DNA from: Octopus bimaculoides | Lineage: Eukaryota | Length of the DNA stretch: 64,000 nt | Direction of reading: 5' to 3' | Assembly: GCF_001194135.2 (NCBI RefSeq) | Contig: NC_068981.1 | Location: forward strand, 181,564,675-181,628,674 | In this document: piece after piece, positions 26,101-64,000 of the stretch | Numbering within the stretch: the first letter of the stretch is position 1 | Layout: every line of letters begins with the position of its first letter | Program-made: the position numbers and the translations under genes | Notes under the pieces: generated by a model | Told to the model about the DNA's origin: nothing | Database searches by the model: none | Seen by the model: only the letters and a program-made list of their open reading frames with translations

Positions 26101-26170
26101 AAGTTATGAAGAAACGAAGTCGATGGGGTACAGTTGTGTAGGTATGTCCCTTTTTTGGAGCAGCGGGCCG
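23170..26170. mobile_element. Foldback-type non-autonomous element with modular inverted arms, left arm interrupted by the CRE retrotransposon
   Basis: Units tttgtttcctcat(g/a)actttc..aaaaatggctatttt at about 23215 and 25632 have reverse complements at about 25930-25965 and 26090-26120. Inner ends tggtagactcg / cgagtctacca; outer ends catacctacacaa / ttgtgtaggtatg. Confidence 0.65.
23291..25537 (-). mobile_element. CRE-clade non-LTR retrotransposon, 5'-truncated, dead (RT + RLE), about 2.25 kb
   Basis: VRKAIVSFPAGSGTGIDSLRPQHLKD..PIPVGCTLRRHTAKV..QLEVDTKLGCE..VILKLDLRNAFNSISRDVILRAV, then the RLE region. The 3' UTR has aataaa and an (A/GAAA) tail at about 23291-23330. The QQGDP and YLDD segments appear deleted. 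Confidence 0.88.
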
Positions 26171-26559
26171 CACTACAAAAAGAAAATTCAAGGTAATTTT
26201 TGTTTAGACATGCCTTTCAGAAAATCTCGTAAACCATAGTTTGCCCACGACTGTATTAAACCTTCATCAATATTCTTTAGTCCCACGTAAGTCTTGATTG
26301 AGAAAGATCAATGATCAAAAGTATTCCAGCTATGGCAATCCGTTCACAAAGACCACATTGTCTATTATGTTATTCCTTTTCAAAGACAGCCGGGTGTGAT
26401 TTAAAGAACATTTAGTTACTTTAGTCGAGCTGTCAGTATTAGAAGCTCCGCATCCGAAGCTCATTAACTGATTTTATTTGTCCCGACAGCAGAATTCACT
26501 CGAAAACACGAATGAATGGAACAAAAACTGGGAGAGAACTCTCTTTTAACTCTTTCAAA

Positions 26560-26660
26560 AAAAGAGCCCGAAAGTTGTATCAAAATGGCGCAGTAACTCT
26601 ACAGTCTCTCTGGCGGCCGAACATACAACATTTGTGTTGCATATAAATATTCCGGTGAGC
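26560..26660 (+). promoter_or_regulatory. Candidate DDX42 promoter / non-coding first exon
   Basis: CpG-retaining stretch with a YY1-type caaaatggcg at 26581-26590 and a donor CCG|gtgagc at 26654/26655. Inference only. Confidence 0.3.
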
Positions 26661-28784
26661 TTTTCCACTTTATTTATTTTACAGTGATTTACAAATCCAC
26701 CTCCTTGTAAAGCTACAGATGACACTGTATATAATAATGGCATTTATCAAGAAATATTGTGGTTATTTTAGCTATGTATCGTTGTGTCACTTGAGATTGT
26801 AGCGTGTATAAAGCAGTCTCTTCAACATTTCTTGTTAATCTATTTCTGTCTCACCTATCAGCATGTATCAACAGTACATTTTAATAAAAAAATATATTAG
26901 CTTGCTTTAAAATTTCAACTTCCTCTCGTTAGTATTTAATTAATAATAGTGCCGAATGTATGCGTGTATAGAATTCAATTGACTTCGGTATATTGCGTTA
27001 TGTATGTCTATAAATATCGATTACCTTTATTTTGTATCTAATCATTTGCTACTTTTGATATTTTTTGCGAGATAAATACTTTTTACATTATGTGAACGAC
27101 TAGAAATCTAATTTTATTAGAAGCGCAACTTATCTTTTTTCTTTATTTTGGTAATATTTCTTAATTTTTTTCCGAGAAAAGATGTTCCATCTTCTTAATT
27201 TATATTAATGCTATATCTATAACATTACTTGAATATTTATCACTTTCAAGGGTAATAAAAAAAAAATATTTATTTCTATTTTAAATCCAGAAAAAAATGT
27301 ACAAATTCCTAAGCGTGAATGTGGAGGATAAACTGTGCCTTCTGTTACAAGATCCAATGTCTTATTTATAAACGGTGCCAATTCTGCTACCGTCTAAACT
27401 CAAGTTTTTTTTTTATATGGAGAAATATTTTTTCTTAATATGAAATAAATAGATTCTTGTAATTTAAATAGCGTAAATTAATCAAATAATTCAATAACAG
27501 CATTTTTAAATACGTTGTTTATAACCCTGTATTAGCTTCCATCGAGCTGACCTCTGGTCAAAGGTACTCCAGCTTTGACTATCCCGTCTTTCATTCAGAC
27601 AGTGTATCTAGGACTACATCATCAGTTGTATACTTTTTAGAAAGACTAAGAGTGTCATAAGTAGATTTGACCGATACTTTTAACAGATCGAACGGCCTCT
27701 TAAAAGCTTCCTTGGTTCACATATTGATAAGATTCTCTTCGGCTCAGGCGGTTACCACTGGAACTAAGTAAAATAAATTAAAAAAAAAGAACAACAAAAA
27801 ACAATTCGGTCTTAATATTTTTTCATAAAACAATGAATTAGAAGCATTTTAAAAGAACTTATTTTTTACGTTAGAAGTATTTTAAAGCGCCCCCCTCTTT
27901 TTTTTTTAACCTGAAGTGAAATAGTTCAAAGTAACATATTAAGTGATAGTAAAACTATTTTTTCGACTCAATCGTAGGTTGTTTTGTTCGCAATCAGGTC
28001 AACTCAGATCAATGAGATCTATGATCAAAGACAGTTCAACTTGTACCATCTCGTCTTTTAAGGGATTATCTAGTTCTACATTATCTAAACATGTACTCCC
28101 CATTTTAAGACGGAAGGCTGCGACTTATTTGAGGAAAATTTGGGTAGAGGCTCCGAGTACTGTATTTAAGCCTTGTGATTTAATGTAGCTGGAAAAATAA
28201 ACACTATTTTTATTGTTTAAAATGCCGCTAAACTGTAATTACGCTTCATATAGGACATTGCGTCAAAAAGTTATTTTACTACGTTTAAATAAGAATGTAC
28301 CTGAATAATACATACGCACGTACGTTACATGACATCAGTCTTGCACTATGGAACATCGTATTTGTCAGCTGTTGATTGGAGTTCGCTACGATTTCTATAT
28401 CCCCCGACTGTCCCACGCTCATACCAACGAATGTCGAACAGCATTGATGATACTAAAGAATAGCCGGGCTCTTTAGGCCTACTTTGTAGCACGCTTTCTC
28501 TCTCGATTGTATGTGTGCGTGTGAGATTAAACAAACTCCAGAGAGACTAGTACTGGTCTGCATCGGCGAGGCTTGTGATAAGTAATGAAATCGATAAAAG
28601 GAGAATAGAGTGAACTTGCCATGGGGAGTGGAAAATCTAACGTTTCAGATAGTCCTTCATCAGCGAAAAGTTGACAGAAATTAATTTCTCCTCAAATTTG
28701 TGCTGAAGTGTGACTTTGTCCCCAAAATTGGATTTTCTACTCTCTATGGCAAGTTCACTGTACTCTTTTTATTGATTTCATTAT

Positions 28785-29052
28785 CATCATCATCATCATC
28801 GTCGTCGTTTAACGTCCGCTTTCCATGCTAGCATGGGTTGGACGATTGACTGAGGACTGGTGAAACCGGATGGCAACACCAGGCTCCAGTCTGATTTGGC
28901 AGAGTTTCTACAGCTGGATGCCCTTCCTAACGCCAACCACTCAGAGAGTGTAGTGGGTGCTTTTACGTGTCACCCGCACGAAAACGGCCACGCTCGAAAT
29001 GGTGTCTTTTATGTGCCACCCGCACAAGCCAGTCCAGGTGCACTGGCAACGA
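28785..29052 (-). mobile_element. RTE-tail short element, young subfamily (near-identical copies at 51826-52080 minus, 12786-12963 plus, 56500-56682 plus; related copies ~380-770, 33572, 39955, 42870, 47025, 53090, 57670, 59320, 62470)
   Basis: (cat)n tail, then ttaacgtccgctttccatgctagcatgggttggacga..ctggatgcccttcctaacgccaaccactc. Confidence 0.85.
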
Positions 29053-29529
29053 TATATATATATATATATATTAATAGTTATTGCGAAGCCAACATGGCAG
29101 TCCAAAAAATAGGACGAATGCTGCCATTGATTAGCTCCAAGAGGCCATCACCTCTAGCTAGCTATGTGACACACGAACCTGTGTCCATTATAACCTTCGG
29201 ACAGGGGAGGTTAGCCGCTTCCCCTTGCTGGTCTGGCACCTACAGACTAGTTTCAGGGTGTTTGCCTCTTATCAATGTAGAGCAGCCGATCCCAGCAGGC
29301 GTCGCTTAAAAGACATGTTAGGATTTACAATGAGCAGAACTTACTTGCAGGTATTGGTAGTGCAAATCAGAGGTGCAATCTGTGTGGGTGTTTTTTCAAA
29401 ACACTGTCTGGTTTAAAAAGCCACATCAGACGCCATGAACGGGCTAAGGTGTAGGTGCAGGAGGTGGTCAAACTCTGTGTAAGGAGTAGACAACCACTAT
29501 ATATATACATATACATACATGCATACAAA

Positions 29530-29748
29530 TGACGGGGTGCTGAGAAGTTTCTGGTTTTAAGGGTATCACAAAAGGCCTGGCTGGAGGCCCAACTTTCTGA
29601 GTTCTTTTACAGGGCTTAGGAAAACTGAAGGACCACTGCAATCAATGTGTGAATCTGAGGCAGGGATATGTTTAACAAAATCATAATTAACTGATCCTCG
29701 TGTATTTTCTTTTACCTGAAGCCAGGAACTTCTCAGCATATCCCGTGT
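29530..29748 (+). mobile_element. Mariner-derived non-autonomous element (second partial copy ~2900-3240)
   Basis: TIR-like gggtgctgagaagtttctgg / gccaggaacttctcagca; retains a mariner C-terminus-like peptide (GLEKLKDHCNKCVSLRGE in the 2893 ORF). Confidence 0.7.
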
Positions 29749-29750
29749 AT

Positions 29751-29800
<50 letters not shown>

Positions 29801-29839
29801 ATGTCACATAACTGGCACCCATGTCAGTGGCATGTAAAA

Positions 29840-30985
29840 AACACCTTTCAAGTGTTGGGCCTCAGAGGGGCAAAATGGGTGAGTTCCTTTCAAGTGTTGG
29901 GCCTCACAGNNNNNNNNNNNNNNNNNNNNNNNNNNNNNNNNNNNNNNNNNNNNNNNNNNNNNNNNNNNNNNNNNNNNNNNNNNNNNNNNNNNNNNNNNNN
30001 NNNNNNNNNNNNNNNNNNNNNNNNNNNNNNNNNNNNNNNNNNNNNNNNNNNNNNNNNNNNNNNNNNNNNNNNNNNNNNNNNNNNNNNNNNNNNNNNNNNN
30101 NNNNNNNNNNNNNNNNNNNNNNNNNNNNNNNNNNNNNNNNNNNNNNNNNNNNNNNNNNNNNNNNNNNNNNNNNNNNNNNNNNNNNNNNNNNNNNNNNNNN
30201 NNNNNNNNNNNNNNNNNNNNNNNNNNNNNNNNNNNNNNNNNNNNNNNNNNNNNNNNNNNNNNNNNNNNNNNNNNNNNNNNNNNNNNNNNNNNNNNNNNNN
30301 NNNNNNNNNNNNNNNNNNNNNNNNNNNNNNNNNNNNNNNNNNNNNNNNNNNNNNNNNNNNNNNNNNNNNNNNNNNNNNNNNNNNNNNNNNNNNNNNNNNN
30401 NNNNNNNNNNNNNNNNNNNNNNNNNNNNNNNNNNNNNNNNNNNNNNNNNNNNNNNNNNNNNNNNNNNNNNNNNNNNNNNNNNNNNNNNNNNNNNNNNNNN
30501 NNNNNNNNNNNNNNNNNNNNNNNNNNNNNNNNNNNNNNNNNNNNNNNNNNNNNNNNNNNNNNNNNNNNNNNNNNNNNNNNNNNNNNNNNNNNNNNNNNNN
30601 NNNNNNNNNNNNNNNNNNNNNNNNNNNNNNNNNNNNNNNNNNNNNNNNNNNNNNNNNNNNNNNNNNNNNNNNNNNNNNNNNNNNNNNNNNNNNNNNNNNN
30701 NNNNNNNNNNNNNNNNNNNNNNNNNNNNNNNNNNNNNNNNNNNNNNNNGGGTGAGTTCCTTTCAAGCGTTGGGCCTCACAGGCAAAGTAGCTGAACACCT
30801 TTCAAGTGTTGGGCCTCAGAGGGGCAAAATGGGTGAGTTCCTTTCAAGCATTGGGCCTCACAGAGGCAAAGTAGCTGAACACCTTTCAAGTGTTGGGCCT
30901 CAGAGGGGCAAAATGGGTGAGTTCCTTTCAAGCGTTGGGCCTCACAGAAGCAAAGTGGCTGAGTTCCTTTCAAGTGTTGGATCTC
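29840..30985 (+). repeat. 42-bp tandem repeat with an 84-bp higher-order dimer, spanning a gap
   Basis: Alternating cctttcaagtgttgggcctcagaggggcaaaatgggtgagtt and cctttcaagcattgggcctcacagaggcaaagtagctgaaca. Confidence 0.85.
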
Positions 30986-33900
30986 ACAGAAGCAATGACT
31001 GAGACTTTTGGCATTATGTTGTGTTTGAGTAGAAGACTCATCAAGCCGAGCAAAATTGCTGCCCTGGCAGATACCAGTGTCATGCAAATGGTACCCGTGT
31101 TGGTGGCATGTAAAAGCACCCATTACACTCTTGGAGTGGTTGATGCTAAGAAGGGTATCCAGCTATAGAAAACCATGCCAAATCAGACTGGAGTCTCATG
31201 CAGCCTTCCAGCATGCCAGCCCTAGTCAAACCGTCCAACCCATGCCAGCATGGACAATGGACATTAAATGATGATGGTGTGTGTGTGTGCCAAAAGTCAT
31301 GCACCAAAAGATTTGACATTTTATTTATATTACATTATTATTATTATTATTATTATTCATTTTGTTCATCATGTACAATTACGTGTGTATTCATTATTTA
31401 TTTCATTCACTTTTAGAAAAATCGAAAATATGTCTTTGGATAATTACTGAGTGTGTTGAACTTTTGTGTGTGACTTCCGACCCATCCTGTATATATATGA
31501 CATGACACCCCTGATAAACTGTATTTATATATAGTTTATATATTATGCATTCTGTTGTATTATTTTAATGAATGTGTTGTCCTACTTCTTTTGTCTCTAT
31601 ACATCAATTTTCTTTTATGGAAAAATAATTCCACAATGAGCTGTTTTTGGAAAAAGATTGCATGTGATGTTTCGGTTGAATGAGGTGGTACATGTAACTA
31701 GAAATAGGAAGAGGAAGGAACCACTGGCAGCTGTTTCACTGGAGTAGTAAATGATGTAGTCATGATGGACGAGTGATTACTTGAGATGGATGTTCAAAGA
31801 AGAATGCTGCTGATTTAGAGTAAGCATTTTCTTACAGAAATTGTAGAAATAGACCCCAGAATGGTCTTTGGTCTTTTAATTTTTGCAATGAAGGCCTAAG
31901 GGCTGAAGCATAAATTGAAAACTTATGACAAATGTTACATGTTATTTTTGTTGTTAGATCTATGATCAAAAGTGTTCAAGCCGTGAAAATCCTGTCTTCT
32001 TAGGGGTATGTAAGGATTAAACTTTTCCTTTTCTTATTTAAGATGTTGGGGTGTTTGTTTCTCAGTTTGTTTAACTCTTTAACTGCAAAATTAAATTTCA
32101 TGGTTATTCCTGTAACGATGTTAAATATCTACCAAAAAATAAAATTGGTATTTTCTGCAGGTCCTGTTGCTTCGATAAACTTGATATATCTCAACAAAAA
32201 AATAGTTCCAAACATGCCATTCCCTAACAAAAGATTGATTTGTGTCTAAAACAGGTTTTGCAGTTAAGAGTAATGAAATTTTGTGTGGATGTATCTGATT
32301 TCCATAGTAAGATGGTTAATGTCTTTCATGCAAGCATGGGTTTAGATGGGACAGCAGGATATTAAATGACGATGTTGATGCTCTTCCTTATCCGCTTTTC
32401 AAGTAAAGGATTTATGTTTTTATTCCCTAAGTGCTTCAAAAGTACAGAGCAACTGGTCATAATGTCAACAAGGATTGTAAATATAATTTACTATTTCACT
32501 CAAGCATGAATGCAGAATCATTAGTGCATCGTAAAAAAAATGGTAATTACACACACACACACATGCACATATATATAGGTGCAAATCTAGCTGTGGGATT
32601 AACCAACTTCATTCCTAACCATACGGTTTCAAGCTTAGTCTCATTTTATGGCACCTTAGGCAAGTATCTTCCACTCTTGCCCCAGGCTGACCAAATCTTT
32701 GTAAGGGAATTTGGTAAATGGAGACTGAAAGAAACTTGTCGTATATATATATATATGTGGTTGTGTGTACTCTTGTCTTGTGATGGTTGTAAAAGAGTAT
32801 CACCATCATATAAATGAGGGTTGGGGACAGGAAGAGCATCAAACTAGAAAATTTGCCTCAAAAATTTTCAGCTAACTCTTGCAGGCATGTGTAGACATAG
32901 TTGAGTGGTGAAGAACTCTGTTTATCAACCATGTAATTCCAAGTTCAGTCACACTGTGTGGCACCTTGGGCAAGTGTCTTCTACTATAGCTCTGATCCAA
33001 CCAATGCCAAGTAAAGGAATTTCATAGACAGAAACTGAAAGAAACTCACTGCATATGTTTTTAAGTGTGAGACTGTGTCTGTTAATATTTGCAACCTACC
33101 CTAATCTGTGGCTACAAATGGTGATGTAATTTTTGTCACTGGACTGCAACCAGCAGCATTTGCTGACATCTCATGTTAACAACTCAACCTCTAATTCTGA
33201 ACCTTTGAATTTCTCTGGAATAAAAAATCCTTTAGTTGAAAAACAAGGAAAGTTAGCAACAGGAAGAGCATCCAACCAGCCTTTTGTTGACAAATACTGT
33301 GCAAGTGAAATTAGTAGATATTTTTGTGTACCAGTGTAAAGCAGACAACAAATCAAGGCCCTTTATGCCCAGAAGGTAAAACTTAGGCATTTAATAAATA
33401 GTGATTGCAAAAATAAGCACCAGAAGGAAATAAATACTGGGGTTGATATCCTCAATGAAAACTTTTGAATATACTGGGATAACTCTTGAATGTAGTTTCC
33501 TCATCATGGCCATAATTCCACTACTGACTGTTGTAAATGAATAAAGGAAGAGAATATATTATGGCTAGCTGTCATCATCATCATCGTCGTCGTTTAATGT
33601 CCGCTTTCCATGCTAGCATGGGTTGGATGATTTGACTGAGGACTGGTGGACCAGGAGGCGACACCAGGCTCCAATCTGATTTGGCAGAGTTTCTACAGCT
33701 GGATGCCCTTCCTAACGCCAACCACTCCGAGAGTTTTGTTAAAAAGTTTGCTTTGCAACATTGTGGTTTAGCTTTCAGTCCCACTGCATGGCACTTTGGG
33801 TAAGTGGCCTTTTCTATAGCCCTGGGCCAACCAAAGTCTTGTAAATGGATTTAGTAGATGGAAATTGAAAGAAGCCCATTGTGTACATATATGTGTGCGC

Positions 33901-34208
33901 GTATGTCTCCTTCCCTTGACTTGGTGTGTCAATTAAAAACGAGCATCACTGTCATAAAAGCACTGCCCTTTGTTTCCAATCTTCCATGGAAACATATCTG
34001 GCTATGAGGAAATATTATCTAACTTGGAAACAGAAAGGGTATCTGACTATAAAAAACCTGCTTCAACCAATTCCATTTGACCTGTGCAAGTATGGAACAC
34101 TGATATTGGTGTATGTGTGTGTGTGTGTGTGTTTGCATGTTTAGATATAATTTGAAAATATCTTTTAAGTTCTGTTTTTTAATAAGGAAAGAACAACACT
34201 TGAAAGTC

Positions 34209-63436
<29,228 letters not shown>

Positions 63437-63959
63437 GTAAGTTCAAGGCTTCATCTTACCATCTTTTTACTTACATGTCTTGTGTTGTTTTTTTGTAAAT
63501 TTTACCTGTCATTGTAAATGTCCTTTTCTACTTCAGTATCTGATTTCTTGTTATGAAAGTGTAAGTTGGAGTGTAATGTGTTAAGGGAGGGGTTTTAATA
63601 TAATTTATTTGTATCATCTATCAGCCATTGTATGAGCAATGGGGTTGTTGGTTATAAGTTTGCAATGAACCAGTTACTAGTTCATTGTGATCTTGAAGAC
63701 AAATATATACCACTAGGTATTTCTGTTTCCTGCATTATTACTTTTGACAATTTTCTCAGCAATGTGTATGTCTTTGACTGATAGACAATACACACACAGA
63801 GAGTGGGCTTCTTTTTGTGTCCATCTATCAAATCAATTCGCTAGGCTTTGGTTGACTCAGAGCCCTAGTAAAAGATGATTGCTCACAAGTGAGAATGAAC
63901 CCAGAACCATGTTGTTGGAAAGCAAACTTCTTAACCACACACCCACGCACACACGTGTA

Positions 63960-64000
<41 letters not shown>

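Noticed and set aside
28621-28674. smORF MGSGKSNVSDSPSSAKS with gccATGG context and a myristoylation-like start
   Set aside because: Only 17 codons with no usable donor, and it is the antisense of a hammerhead/Penelope-like motif, which explains it more simply.
29840-30985. Regular repeats resembling a CRISPR array
   Set aside because: Units are contiguous tandem copies without unique spacers, the context is eukaryotic, and there are no cas genes.

Overview
Eukaryotic, AT-rich, repeat-dense genomic DNA with ten N-gaps. The SINE/LINE landscape looks cephalopod (Octopus-like); this is recalled, not verified by a search. Two conserved housekeeping genes lie head-to-head. On the minus strand is the first coding exon of TEX10/Ipi1 (1483-1680; the rest lies outside the window). 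On the plus strand are 19 coding exons of the DEAD-box helicase DDX42/SF3b125 (34209-63436; the C-terminus lies outside). I assembled the DDX42 exons by hand: all junctions are GT-AG, all phases are consistent, and all helicase motifs are present. Almost every other ORF in the supplied track is a microsatellite, SINE or gap artefact. The rest of the window holds decayed mobile elements: a Merlin (IS1016-like) transposase, two CRE-clade RLE retrotransposon copies in inverted orientation (one inserted in a foldback element), Gypsy, CR1, RTE, mariner, hAT, piggyBac, Kolobok and Helentron-type remnants, and several modular tRNA-derived SINE families. The most interesting observation is a tRNA-headed SINE in DDX42 intron 3 (sense strand) whose tail carries an intact-looking minimal type I hammerhead ribozyme of the Penelope-like type; two more degenerate hammerhead-like cores occur elsewhere. 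Several DDX42 and TEX10 splicing-level features also merit checking. I see no clear evidence of a new protein-coding system.
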